Shown here: one piece after another, positions 41,561-56,849 of the stretch
Layout: each line of letters begins with the position of its first letter
How positions within the stretch are numbered: position 1 is the first letter of the stretch
NCBI RefSeq assembly: GCF_009914755.1
Contig: NC_060935.1
Source of the DNA: the human T2T-CHM13v2.0 reference genome, Homo sapiens
Strand: one strand, 5' to 3'
DNA: 64,000 bases
The notes under the pieces: generated by a model
Databases searched by the model: none
Seen by the model: the letters and a program-made list of their open reading frames with translations, nothing else
What the model was told of the DNA's origin: nothing
Position numbers and translations under genes: made by a program

Positions 41561-42591
41561 GGATGTGTATCTCTCTCTAGAGTATTTGCTAGCATAAACC
41601 CCCATTTGTATTTTATAAGGGTATCCCATAACCTCTGCTCTTAGGAAGTTCTATCTCATATCTAACTCAGTACTCTCCTGCATGCATATATTTCTCTTTT
41701 TTCAAACCTTGGGAGACCACAGCCGGTCACGATCCTCATTCTTATCAGAGTGATCATAGAAATCACAACTTGCACTCATCATTGTTTTTCTCTCAGGTTC
41801 AGCTTTATTTTTTTTGGTCTGAAATCAGGAATGAACTTTCACAGTCTCAACTCTGGCCATTTTTCCTTTTAACAAACAAATAGAAAAGAACTTCCAAGAA
41901 TGATTTTGACCAGATAGAGTCTGCTCCTTTTAACAAGATTGTGTGAAGCACCTACTGTGTGCCAGGCTGTGTGTGATGGAGAGGGAGCAAATGCATAAGT
42001 CCCTGACATCAAGAGATCTTCAACCTAAAACAGAGAATAATGGGGGTACTGAATTTAATTCATAAAAAGTAGCACCCCACTTTCTTGTGATCCCTTGGTT
42101 AGAATCACCAACTTTTATGAGTTTGTAGAAAAGCCCAGAGTGCTAAAAAGTAAAAAGCAAACATTCCATTTCTGAGCAATTTGGGAGAAACTAAATTTGG
42201 CCCAGTCAGGAGACACGTTGGGGAGTACCTTAAAGGATAAGTGTCAAGTGTCTGTTGACATTTCTAAAGAAATCCATTTGCATTTTCACTGCTAAGGAGA
42301 GGCCGGCCTCCACTGGCCACACATTCAGAAAGCTGGCAGGAGCCACTGGTCAGCAACCCCCAATCAAACAGGCTTCCTCTTTCTGGCCAAAGAGCTCAGG
42401 GTCTGCGTGACTTGAGGCAAGTCATCCAGGGACATTTGGGATTCTGATCTAGTGAGCCAGTGAAGACGGTACAGATAAGGCCCAGACAGAAATCTGGCAG
42501 CCTAAGTAACATCTGGTTGGTCTGAGGTTTGGACTCTGGCTGGGGCCGGGAGCCCAGGGCTGGCGACTGGGGAGCCTGCACTTGGAGCTGG

Positions 42592-42608
42592 TGACAGCAG
42601 GTGGCGCA
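42592..42608 (+). promoter_or_regulatory. CTCF-binding motif
   Basis: TGACAGCAGGTGGCGCA matches the CTCF core; CTGCAC upstream-module-like sequence ~15-20 bp 5'. Confidence 0.65.
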
Positions 42609-43942
42609 GGAGCGCAGAAACCAACCTTCAGTGGGCCCTGAAAGAAATCATGGTGTTAATGCCACCCCAAACCACAGCCAAGCAAGGCAAAGGCGACCAT
42701 GTTGTCCTCAAGTCCTGAAAAGGGCAAATTGCACAGATGGAGCAAAGAACCATAGATGGGCAATTCTCCGGTAAAGAAAAGCCAAGGTAGGTCGTCAGAG
42801 ATCTAGGTAAAATCCTTCGATGGTCAAGGACTTCAGAACTTTAGGAAATGTGCAAAGAAAATGAAAGAGAAAGACAACACATAACATTAAGTTCAGGAGC
42901 AATATAAGAGCTCCTGGAGAGGAAAGGCTCAAGTCACTTTGAACCCTTAGGGCAGCTGATGAGCCAGGTATCATTCTCCAAATAGCCTCTCCTTCCCTCC
43001 AGCAACAAAACGCAAACAGAATATTCACAACAAAAACCTCACCTATTACAGTTAGTAAAGCCTCGAAAATCAACATTTTTAAACAAAAAATGGAAATGTT
43101 ATCTCCTTCTTAAAGCTAGTAGAAGGCACCTTCTTGTTGCCCCAATCTCTGCATAAGTTCTCCTCCAAAGCATATCACTGGGGGAAGAAGGGAGAAAGTT
43201 CCCCTCCAGTAGGTATCCAAGGTTCTTCTGTTTGTGTGCCCAAAATGGGACAAAAAAGCATAATCCTACTTATCTATTTACCTAACACCATAAGTCGAGG
43301 AATTTTAAGCAGCTGATTCTAAAAGCTAGAATAAAAGCGTTACACACAAGATACGAGACAACCTCCCTCCAAAAGATAACGGGCACAAGCAGTAGACTGC
43401 TGAGATATGCAATGGAGAATCTTCCCTCATCCACTTAAGCAGTAAGGGTTGGCTTTGGGATAAATCTCAGGGAATGCAAAGAATATTACTTATTTTTCCA
43501 TTTGGTTTACTTTCATGTTGTTACTTCTCTCGTGGGAAGAGGATGCCTAAGCTCTGATGTATATAAATCCATTTTCAGTGTTTACTTAAGTACATATACA
43601 TACACTATAGCAAAATGTTGCTTTGCTTGAAAAATCATTGAAACATTTGATGTGTTTGCTCTCAATCAATATTCTGCAAAAAGCATCTGGGTTCGCTGCT
43701 CAACTAGGACAGTAGACAAGTCTGGAGTCTTTTCCATGAGCCACCTGCCACTTGCCAGCTCTATGGGGTCCCACATCACAGTTGTCCCAGTAGCAGACAG
43801 TATAAGGGCTATGTGATTTAGGCTGCAACAAAGGGTGATGACAGAACAGAGAAAGGCAAGGTGAATTCCCTCTGAATGTGACCAGAAAGGCTTCATGGAG
43901 AAGGACACTCCAGTTGTTTGACTACTCCATGCCTTTGGACAT

Positions 43943-43979
<37 letters not shown>

Positions 43980-44124
43980 CTGAAATGCCATTCCTCAACT
44001 CCCACCATCATCCTTTTGGGGGAATTTCCAGTTTCCTTCAAAACTAAGTTCTGATGTTATCTAGAGCCCTCCCTGACCATCACTTTGCCCCTTAGAAGTC
44101 CTATACAAATCTCATTCCAAATAC

Positions 44125-44206
44125 ATGGCACAGGAATGATGCTTGTGTCTTTGTTGTTGTCTTTATGGCACAGGAATGATGCTTGTGTCTTTGTTGTTGT
44201 CTTTAT
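44125..44206. repeat. Perfect 40-bp tandem duplication
   Basis: ATGGCACAGGAATGATGCTTGTGTCTTTGTTGTTGTCTTT at 44125-44164 and 44165-44204. Confidence 0.97.
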
Positions 44207-44247
44207 TATAATATTCACTCACCAGCTGGGAGACTCCTTTTTTTCTA

Positions 44248-44544
44248 ATTTTTTTTTTTTTTTGAGGTGGAATCTCGCTGTGTCACCCAGTCTGGAGTGC
44301 AATGGTGTGATCCTGGCTCACTGCAACCTCTGCCTCCTGGGTTCAAGTGATTCTCCTGCCTCAGCCTCCTGAGTAGTTGGGATTACAGGTGTATGCCACC
44401 ACACCCAGCTAATTTTTTGTAATTTTAGTACAGACAGGGTTTCACCATGTTGGTCAGGCTGGTCTCGAACTCCTCACCTTGTGATCCACCTGCCTCTGCC
44501 TCCCAAAGTACTGGGACTACAGGCGTGAGCCACTGCATCCGGCC
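44248..44544 (-). mobile_element. AluS
   Basis: Reverse Alu dimer with poly-T. Confidence 0.95.
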
Positions 44545-44602
44545 TTTTTCTACTTCTTAATGGTTTCCCAGATACCTCTCCCTACAGCTCCTCCCAACTA
44601 AG

Positions 44603-44734
44603 TAGGGTTGCCAAATAAAAACAGAACTGCCCAGTTCCATTTGAATTTTGAACAAACAACAAATAGTTTTTTAGTGTAGTATGTCTCAGATACTTCATAT
44701 ATCATATTCTCATTTGTTAACTATGGCAGTCTTA
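44603..44734. mobile_element. MER53 (hAT), internally deleted
   Basis: tagggttgccaaataaaa..gcccagttccatttgaattt..aaacaacaaatagttttttagt..tggcagtctta. Confidence 0.75.
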
Positions 44735-47700
44735 TTCCTGAGATCACTGAGTTCGTGCCTTGTGCCCCCTCCCCGCCCTAGGGCAACCATTCAAAGCTTC
44801 AGGTGCACTTTCTCAGCATTAGCCTCTCTCCCCAGCCCTCCAGAAGAAAGGTGACACTCCTTGCACACACTGTTAGCAGCCTGGAAGAGTCATCTAAGGT
44901 CAGTTTCAGATCCATTTTGAGATTTTTTCTTTTTCTGTCCTGTATTGGCTGTATTTATTCAATAGAAGTCAAGTTTAAGTGTTTCAATTCAATATAATAC
45001 CACTTGTTCAATTAATTGTTAAATAGGAGAATATCACTTACTTTTCATTTAAATGTGGTTTAACGAATTGCATGAATTACATGACTAAGACACTTTGCAA
45101 TCTGTTAAATCCATGTTGAATTTCAAAGTATGGCAGGCTGGGTGTTGTGACATTTACCTTTTCAGCTCCTACTGTCTCTTTCTACCATTTCTCTCCTGCA
45201 GAAAACAAGGGAGATCCAGCTGGGAAGGCAGAAATCTGCAGAAACACATCCAATCCTATCAGAGTGCCCATCACCGAGAAACACCTTTAAGTTAAAGTTG
45301 CCCACTTTATTTCACTATCTTGTCAAATGGAGCTTTAAACATGAAAATAGAAACATCTTGGATTCTTTTAACAAGTCCCTTCTACCAAGACTAACATTGT
45401 TTTCCATTTACATCCACTTCCCAGGGCGAAAAATGGCAAAAAGGATAATTTGTAACAACGCTGCCCTACCTTTTTTCACTTCATGACAGGCACAGAAAAT
45501 TATAATAGCTGAATGACAGGGATCAATTGGAAAGAATTTGGGAGATTCAGTATGAGGCTTAGTAATAAAATTAATTAATATGATTTAAAATTAATAAAAA
45601 TTATTTTGTTCATTATTTTAAAATATAAAATGTTATATAAATATATTAAATGTGAAATTTGCATAACGTCTCCCAGTTAATGGTATTCTATTTAGAAATG
45701 CCTAACATCTGATTGTAAAAGGTAAAGATAAAAGTCACGTATGCCTTCTACCTTATTAGAACAATACAAAATATAAGAGCAAATTAAATCAGAAAATAAT
45801 CTAATATTTTTATACTGCAGGCAAAGCGAAGAACTTCCCTGAGAATAAATAAATCATGACTAAGAAAAAATTGAACTCATACTAGGACATTTTAACAGGA
45901 AGCTCCAGGGAGTGAAATGTACTTCAGCTCTCGCACAACACGCTCTGGTGGCAGTGTCCGTTCAGAGAGTCGCATACACCTAAACAGTCATCACAGAAGC
46001 TAGCGAGTTTATAGACAAAGCGATGTATGTTCAAATACACTTGAAAATTTCTAAATGGTTGTCCAAATGATTTTCATACTCTACCACTACAAAAAGCATG
46101 CAATCATGAAGAACTCAGGGCACCCCTGTAGGCCGTTCCAGGTGCCCCCAAGACCACACAGCACCTCTAGGAAGCTCCGCCTTATAGGAAGAGGTCACAG
46201 TGTGCTTACGTCCTGGCACATTTTAAATGAATGAATACCAAAGAAGAGAATTTAACTAAATGAAAATCTTCCCCTAACTATTAAAGATTGTAGTGGGAAA
46301 ATGCAGGGATAGCCTCCCTTCCCTAGCCAGCCCTGGTGTATGGAAAGGGCAGGTGAAACCATTCTGTTCAATCCCACGTGCGAGTAGCTGTGAGATGCCA
46401 GGCACGGGGATAGGCACTGGAGAGAGAAAATATGCAAACACCTTGGTCCTATTTAGGATCAGCTCACAATGTGGGGAGTGAGACTAATAGATATAAACAG
46501 AGATCCAAGAGAATCTATGGTTTATCATCATCACGCCTGTGATAAGAGTCAATGATTCTCAGAATTCAAGGATTCTTCTCTGCTCACCCTCAATGTATGC
46601 TCTAACCAGACACACATGATTTTAGCATCGTGCTGTCTTTCTCCTGAATAATTCTCTTTCCCCCCAATAGCTTGCTTTAAGCTTGCTTCTTAAGAATGTT
46701 TTTCTCCTACTGAAGAGTCTGCCACTGTTCTCCCTCTCAATCTCAGCTAGCGCAGATGGTTTCAGAGCTTGGGAAGAAGAGCACAGTACCACCGGTTACC
46801 ATTTTGTGGCTGTATTCCTACATGCCTCGAATGTTAAACTCAGATGGCTGGAGAGCTGGGTTGACAATGAACCCAACAGTGTTTAAGGAAAAAGAGTTTT
46901 CTCTACGCATCCCATTTTCTAGGCCTCAGCAGGGTTTCCTTGAGCAGATGACTTTGAAATTGTCAGCCAAACCTGTGCCTCTCAAGAGCCTGTCTCCTTT
47001 AGTTCCAGCCCTAGAAGGATCACAGTATTGAGCCATGTGGTTTTGTTGACTCTGTCATGGATGGCACATCCATCAGGGAGTCCCATCTGAGCCCCCAGCA
47101 AAACAAAATTAACTAATGTGCATAAATTAGCACCAAATGTCTCCTCTGTGGAGAAATGCCAAAGCCATTCTTTCCTACAACAGATAACTGACCGTCCCCC
47201 AGTTCCCATCAGACTCTCTTCAACAACGACCTGCACCTCACTGCACCTTGTGTTTGCTTTTATACCTTACCAAATGATTTCAAATGTATTTCCTCACTTG
47301 ATCTTTGGCATTTGGGAGGGAGACAATGTAGATGTTTCATTTCCATTATACACATGACTAAAATAAAGCTCTGAGGAGTTAAATGACGAGCCCACGTCAC
47401 ACCACTGAATCTTGAAGGGGTGGCTGTTGGACCAAGATCTTCTGACTCTGAATCCAGTATTCTTTCCACTACCCCATATCCAGCCAGAAGCAATAAGAAA
47501 AATATTTGGGAAAACTAACACTGAAGGAGCCAGCATGTCTCTTTCTTGTTCTCTCAACCTCCAAAACAATTCACCAGAAATCTCTGGCAAGTTTCATAAA
47601 TGTCTGAGTCACCTTTGGTGCACAGTTGATTCTGAAAAAAACTACACACACATATGCACACACACACACACACATTGATATATGCATAAAATGTATTATC

Positions 47701-48506
47701 ATCCCAGTATTGAAAAATCTTTATCATGTTCCATGTTCTTCTCAATGCAGTATGTGCCTATAACCTAGTTCGGTAACTATTTGCTGAATGAATACATTAA
47801 TGTTTATCTCCCTTATGGCTACATCTTCTTTTACATCTCAGAGTCATTCTTCTATTTCAGTCTGCCCCATACCCTAGCTGCCCCTACCAACCTTGCTGCA
47901 GTTTTGGAGCAGGCTCAGCCTAAGAGGAAGACACACACAGATAAATGAATCACAGCCAGACAGAAATAAAACAACAGTCCCTATTCGTTGAAACACAACC
48001 TATAAATTCTAGCTTCAGAGATGAGTGGGGTAAATAAATGCTTTACTCCTTTGAGACAGATAACCCCTTGAAATAGATATGCAAATCTCATTTTATAAGT
48101 GAAGGGCTATATGCTCAGAGGAGTTAAATAACCAGTCAAAGTTCACACAACAGGCAAGTGACAGAGGCCGAATTTGAACTAGGTTCTGAAAGTTCAGTTT
48201 ACTGCTGAGTATCTAGTGTCTGGCATGGTAACCGGCCTCTCTGATGCTTCTTGAAGAGGTGCTGTATGATACACTTGAAGGCTTTTGTACTGGACGTGTA
48301 CTTGGCCTTCAAGGCTCTTCCTTAGCTATTTGCTAGATGGTGGTTAACTCTCTCACCTCCTCTGAGGGTTTGCATTTTACTCAATAAGCCCTCCGCTCAC
48401 CACCCTAAATTGCAACCCATCATTTCCCCTGCCTCCCTCACTCTAGAGCCCTCTTGCTCTACCTTGTTGTTTTTCCATAAAACTTATTACTATATCTCAC
48501 ATATAA

Positions 48507-48869
<363 letters not shown>

Positions 48870-49822
48870 GGATTTTTATCTTTTTAAATGTACTGATGCA
48901 TCCTGAACACTAAGAATTTTACCAGAAAAAGAGCACGTGTTCACAAAATATTTGCTGAATTGAAGGAATACATGAATGGGAGATACTTATTAATGGTAGT
49001 TAATATTTGGTGAATGAATGAAGAGTCAAGACTCCTTGCCTTATCTAAGCCATCCTGTGAATAGATTCCATTTGTTACGCATCTCCTGCCTGCTAGGCCC
49101 AGTGATGCATAAGTGATCTCACTTAATCAGCCCCCAAATCCTTTGAGATGGAGAATAGTACCTCATATTCTAGATGAAGATATGTAAGTTCAGGGAAATT
49201 AAATTAAATTAGCCAAAGATCATACAACTGGTAAGTAAGAAAGGCAGAATTTGAACTCAGTTCTGTCTAACTTCAAAGTTCAGGGGTCATTCTGCCCTGT
49301 CACGGCGCTTCTCAATGCACTCACAACTAGAAAGGTGCTCCTCTGTAAATGAAATGCTGCCCCATATGAATAGGTAAGTTTTAGCCATTCATAGTTAATA
49401 TTATTTTCTCATTAGACTCATGTTCAACTGGAGACGCTTCCATTAACTGAGATGAGGCTGTTTATTTCCTCCACTATCCTGGAGCTGGGCAGCAATGCTC
49501 CATGCTAAACCAAGCCTGGTAATTTACATTTCTAATCACTCCACAATTTAATTAATATCATGGCCTTTATCAGGTGCACTGCAAATACAGCTGATGTCAT
49601 CAGTGCTTACTTAATTAGTTTGAAGGAGAAAAAAGTTTTTTTACAGTCTGAATATGTCTCCACTGGTATGGCCTCAGGGTTTTGTGGAGGAAAAAAGAAA
49701 CTAACTTAAAATCTGGATTCTGTGATTAAAGACTTTTTTGCTATATAACCTGGGAAAGGTTTATGAAATTGTAATATCACTGGAAATAAAAATATGAAGG
49801 TAAACAAGTGGTAATTTCAACC

Positions 49823-50820
<998 letters not shown>

Positions 50821-51409
50821 GGCAAGCATTGATTTCTGAAATTGCTTTAGATAGTGGAATTGAAAGTCTTCAGCTTTGGTTACATTTGGTCTTTGAACTG
50901 CAACCTTGAAAGAAAACTGTGAAATACCTAAATCATACTATATACTCTTAAAGACAAAGAATGATGGGAAATTAATTGAAATAAATGAGGTTTAGATAAC
51001 AGAAGGGATTTGTAACAAGTAAGTGTTCTCAGGGATAGTATTTTCAGCTTTCGTTTGCTAGGAAATTAAATCAACCAATTAAATAAAATAACTCTCCATA
51101 AAGATCAGTTAGATTTGCCATATAGATTGTTCATTTACGAAAATGCACTTTGAGAGTTATGTAACAAAGACACTGGTTTCATTTATTTCATTCTCCCTTC
51201 CTTTAGCTCCACATCTTGGAAAGAAGAAATATCTTATGAGCTTCATCCAGTTTTAGTATTTACTAGTAAAGCTGAATTGAGCCCACTTCCACATGGAAGC
51301 TATAAATTGTTTTATCTTGTTTGAGATCTTCAGACAAAACTCCTGCATCACCAAGATGATGCAGCCAAATCCTAAGATGCAAATTTAGTTGGGAAAAAAA
51401 TTCAGGCTC

Positions 51410-52331
51410 TCTATTTCACAGTTCATTAGTTCATTCGTTTACTGTGGAAAACATTAATATGTTTCTTGAGATACCAAGACTCCTAAGGCATGGGTTGTGG
51501 CTTCAAGAGAGAAACAAGCATGTCAACGAATACTGCAGTAAAATATTGTAAGTTCTATCATGAAAATAAATACAAATTGGGGAACAAAACCAGACACACA
51601 AAAAGGAATAGATTAGGAAATATATAATATAATATAATATATATAAAAATATAATTTTGACTTAAGATCATGCAAGAGGTAATTATTGAATTGCTACATT
51701 AAAGACAAGTAGATGTTTGCCAGAGAGTCAGCCATGGGGTGAGGGGTGGTCATTCTAGTTAGATGCTCTAGCAAGAGCAGAGGCCTGGAGCTGTGAAACA
51801 GCAGAGAGTGTCTAGAGAAGTGCAAAATCCTGCAGCATGTCTGGAGTGCCCAAGGGACAAACCGAGTGGATGAGGCAGAAGAGAAAGGCTGGTGAGGGCC
51901 TTATTTGTCTTAGCAAAGAGAATAAGCTATTTTATAGAAAATAGGGAGCTATTTTATGCTAGATCTGACATAAGATTGGAATTTTGCTCAGTTTATTTTG
52001 AATGCAGTAAAGAGGACAACTCAGAGACCAATTAGGAGACTGTTACAGCAGCCAGGCTCGAGTCTGAACTAAGGCAGCAGCAGTAGAAGTAACAAGGAGG
52101 CGTAGGATATGAGTGATGTTAAGGCGTAGGATCTAGAGAAGTTATCTGGGGTGGATTACCATGATCTCAGGCTCATCATGAGATGCAAACTTTCAGGTCC
52201 TATAGGCATGATTCACAGGTCTGGACTTTGGCCTAGGAATCTTCATTTTCATAAGCATTCCAGGTGATTCTAATGCATCTTGACTGAGGATGCTGACCTG
52301 AAGTTTGTAAGCTCACAATACAGAACCACTG
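51410..52331 (-). mobile_element. L2 fragments plus MER5-like end
   Basis: agaccaattaggagactgttacagcagccagg (L2); ggaatcttcatttt..ccaggtgattctaatgca..agaaccactg (MER5). Confidence 0.65.
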
Positions 52332-53199
52332 AATCTCCAGCTACCACTGGAACCAGGGGAATCAGGAGACTTCTAGGAGTAAATAGACTGCCAAATGTTA
52401 GGTGAACTTTGCTGCTGGTCTTTGCTAAGTTAGCTCCTCATTCTGGTTCAGATAACTTTGAAAAAGAAAATTGTAATTCAAAGGAAAACAAATTGAAATT
52501 AGTCAACAAATGCAACCAAATTTAATAGAAATCTCTTGCCCATGTATAAGGTTCCAAATAGGGTATCTCATACTCATCTAAAATGAATTTCTATGTCACC
52601 ACATAGATCAATAACATTTCTATGAACTAATTCAGTACAAAAATATTATTCTGCCTTAAGAGTATCTGCTCTCTCTCTCTTGTTCCCTCTCCCTCTCTTT
52701 CATTTCTCTGTCTGTCTGTCTACCTATGAGACAGAGCTCAGTATTGTCTCTTTTATACCACAAACTCCAAAAGGGTAGAAACTCTACGCATCAAAAATCA
52801 TGTTATTCTGGCGTGCATATGGAAAATAAGTGCAAAATAAATGCTTTGTGATGATGAATCTGCAAATATGTTGATGCTTTATTTGCATATTGCCATAGAT
52901 GCTGAATGTATAATTTGTGTATTATGCCAATTTAAGGGAGTGGGGGCTGCGCTGTGTTGTGTTTTGCACATTTTTTAAATGCAAAAACACCAGAGCAATA
53001 AATTAAACATTTTAATTAAGTGTTGTAGCATACTGCTAGTAGAATTCACTGTTACATGGCTCCGATAACTGTGTGTCAAATAATGTCCTTATTACACATC
53101 TGCATTTACTACAAGCATGACAGAACATGGTTAGCCTATATCTGGTCAACTTTCATTGTGTCCCTCAACCAGAATGATAAATATTGTCAAATACAATCA

Positions 53200-53420
53200 C
53201 CTACATTTAGTGCCTAGTTATTTCGTGCCAGGTACTAAGTGCTTTACATGGAAGATTTCATTGAATGTTCACACAGACCTTAAATAGTTGATGTTATTAT
53301 TAGCTCCATTTTACAGATGAGAAAACTGAGGCTTCAGTTAAGTAAACATGGTCAAGACCATGTGATAAGTAATTAGGGAGTAAGAATTTAACTTAGGTCG
53401 AGCAGAGTGAGCTCTTAAAA
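53200..53420 (-). mobile_element. MIR
   Basis: gtgccaggtactaagtgctttaca..ccattttacagatgagaaaactgaggc. Confidence 0.88.
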
Positions 53421-53587
53421 TGAGCCCATTATTTCTTAAGTTTCCTTTCAATGTGAGCAATGAAATAAGTGAATGTCATGTGATAGAAAACGAAGAACGA
53501 AAGAACAAAATCTAGAGTATGGAAGATCCTACCCCACAATGGTTATCTGTAGGAATCACCAACTGGAAATTCACCCTACCTCTCTTT

Positions 53588-53777
53588 CAGTGGTGTGATG
53601 GTCAACGTTCACCATGCCGCTCTCCAGGGAAGAAAAAGTCCTGATTTGTAGCATTTGCAGATTTCCGTGTTGCAAACACTCTCACCAACCTTCCATTACT
53701 AAAGGTGGAGTTAGGAAGAGATCACACACACAACTGGTTTGCATGAGCTGCTGAGAGCCAGCTCCAGGATACCACAG
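53588..53777. mobile_element. MER63-like (hAT-Blackjack)
   Basis: cagtggtgtgatgg..cctgatttgtagcatttgc..ggagttaggaagagat..agccagctccaggataccacag, with TIRs. Confidence 0.75.
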
Positions 53778-54637
53778 TGCCTGTTCCCTTCTGAAGATGA
53801 AATTTCTCATCGTCTCTGGACATACCCCAGAGACCTTGGACCATGGAGAAGATACTTACCTTTTTCTGTGGGAGGAGCCAGTGCATGGAGGAAGCGTGGT
53901 GCTCAACTGTCTACATCAGAGTGCTGGAATGTACATGTCACCAGGCTATTTTTCATTAAAAAGTGATGACAGCTAAATATATTCCCTGACTCTGCGGCTA
54001 ATAACTTCCTGACTTAGACCTCACTTGCTAGACCCATTCCTGAAACCAGACCGCACTAGTCCCTGTGGGGCTTCTATTATTGGTGAGCCATCTCAACAGA
54101 TGCAGGTCTAACCAAATCCATGTCTAATATAAGCATGCAAATTGGGAGATGAAAGGGAAAATTTTATGTGCTGAATCACAATCCACAGAGAGAGAAGTAG
54201 GGGCATAAGCAGCTGCCTGGAAGACAGGACACCAAAAGTCATTGTCATAGAGGTCCTAAGCAGCACAGGGTTCATTCCGTCCAGCCATCATTCATAGCTA
54301 TGCCCTTTGAATATTCATCTCTCACATTAAAAATATTTGCCTGGCTACCCTGTTATGAAGGCAGTATGTGTATATCAAAGCATGGTTTTTGCAGTGAGAC
54401 ACACATGAAGCATTTTATCTGCATTTTAATACCATTTAATCCTCACTATTATTATGCCCATTTTACAGCTAGGAGAACTGAGTCACAAGGACACAAGTGG
54501 AAGTTCTTGAATTAAAACCAAAATAAGCCTAATTCTAACAGCTGAGCTCTTTGCCAATTTATTTTAAGTCTCATTTCCCTGCTGACCAACTCTCCCTTCG
54601 TCTTGCTTCAAAAACCACACTAATTTCTTCTTCTCCT

Positions 54638-54946
<309 letters not shown>

Positions 54947-55511
54947 TATTTCTTCTTTTAAGAGCTTGCCAAATGCTACTATCTTAACTTGGAACTTCTC
55001 CCCACCTCCATCCCTTAAACCTATCCAAGTTCTAGCCACGCTTTAAGGCTCTAGTAGGAAAGTCTCAACTTTCCTGTAATGTTTTCTCAGATGATTCTAA
55101 CCCAGGTAGACATCCCACTCATATTACATGTACTGCCTCTGTTGGCATTAATTTGGCGTTGCCTCAGTTGTACCATTTCATAACTTGTTTGGCTTATTTT
55201 CTGACCTAATGCGCAAATTGTCAAGGGCAGAAACCATGTGTAGACCTCATAATGCTAAGTTCTAAGTAGATACTAAAAATTTTTTTAATGAATGAATAAT
55301 ACTGATACCATAGGTCTATTGATGGACTGAAGCTCTGAATATTCTAGAACTGGGAGGAAGATTCAACATTTTTGAAGGCTTACTACGTGCTAAGCCCTAA
55401 GTTAGGCATTTTATACAATGATTTTATTTAAACCTATATGGCTGATATTGTGACTTCCATTTTACAGATTTTTTAAAAGGTCCAGAGAGGTTAAGAAATT
55501 TGCTAACACAG

Positions 55512-55809
<298 letters not shown>

Positions 55810-56849
55810 CTAACACGTTATTAGATTGTGGCAGAGCTACGACTTAAATGTAGACTAGTCTGACTCCAAAGCCCGCACCACACAGCCACATGGGTCATCA
55901 CTGCATCTGTGAACGAGTTAACCTACACAAACCCCAGGGGACGGGGATCGTAGCTAGCCCAGAAAGAAATGACAAATGGTCACTTGGTAATACATTCTAG
56001 GTTCTGTTAACTCTAATATTCAGAAAGTTGTTCTTCATGTCTGACTTAATTCTCTCCTGCTTCCATTTCATGCCATTTCCCCTTGTTTTGTAGTCAAGCA
56101 TATGGAAAACATCTGGCTACCATTTCCTAGACACCACTCCTTCTTGGTCTAAAAAATTCCTGTGGTAGCAGCTCAACTTCATTTTGTGTCATCTAAAATA
56201 TAGCCACACACCTTTTAGAGTGTAGGTTGTCCTAACTGATAGGCTTTCCTACCCAGGCAGAATTATAGCTGTCAGCAGGGAAAATGAGTGAGAGCTACTG
56301 GCAGGATGAGCTAATCCGTGGTCAGATGCTCTTGGATCAAAGATTCATGCTGAAACCAGCCGTCAGAGCAAAGAAGCCAAGTTCATGGATGAAAAAAAAA
56401 TGAGGCTGGGAAGCACAATGCACCCCAGTGACCTACCATTACCACTGGCCTCAAAATAGCCTTGGAGCCAGGATAGGGGGTGGGAGAATATAGAAACCAG
56501 GCAAGTAGGCCATGGCAGAGATTAATTTGGGGAAACCAAGGATGGGCAGACAGCCCCCATCCCCTGGCATCTGGGGAACAAGGGCAGCTGTACAGGAAAC
56601 ATAAAAACACAGTGGAGACCAGAGGAGGGGAGTCAAATGAGAATGCTAAATGTTTGGAACCCAGTGGCTAAGAAAGACGTTGCCAAGTGTCACACTGAAA
56701 ACAGGAAAGCTTTCCTGGGCCCTGGGTGTGGAGGCCACCGAACAATGAAAGGGGAAGCCTGTAAGAAGAATAACAATGACACGGAAGCCTGCTCCAGCCT
56801 GGTGAAATCCCTTCTGCAGTTTTTACAAGAAGCAAAACAAACAACAGTC

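Noticed and set aside
43944-43977. T34 tract as an orphan retro-insertion tail
   Set aside because: No TSD; sits where an L2 pyrimidine run is expected, so slippage expansion is the simpler explanation.
44603-44734. MER53 as a miR-1302-type hairpin source
   Set aside because: Most of the second palindromic arm is deleted, so no long stem can form.
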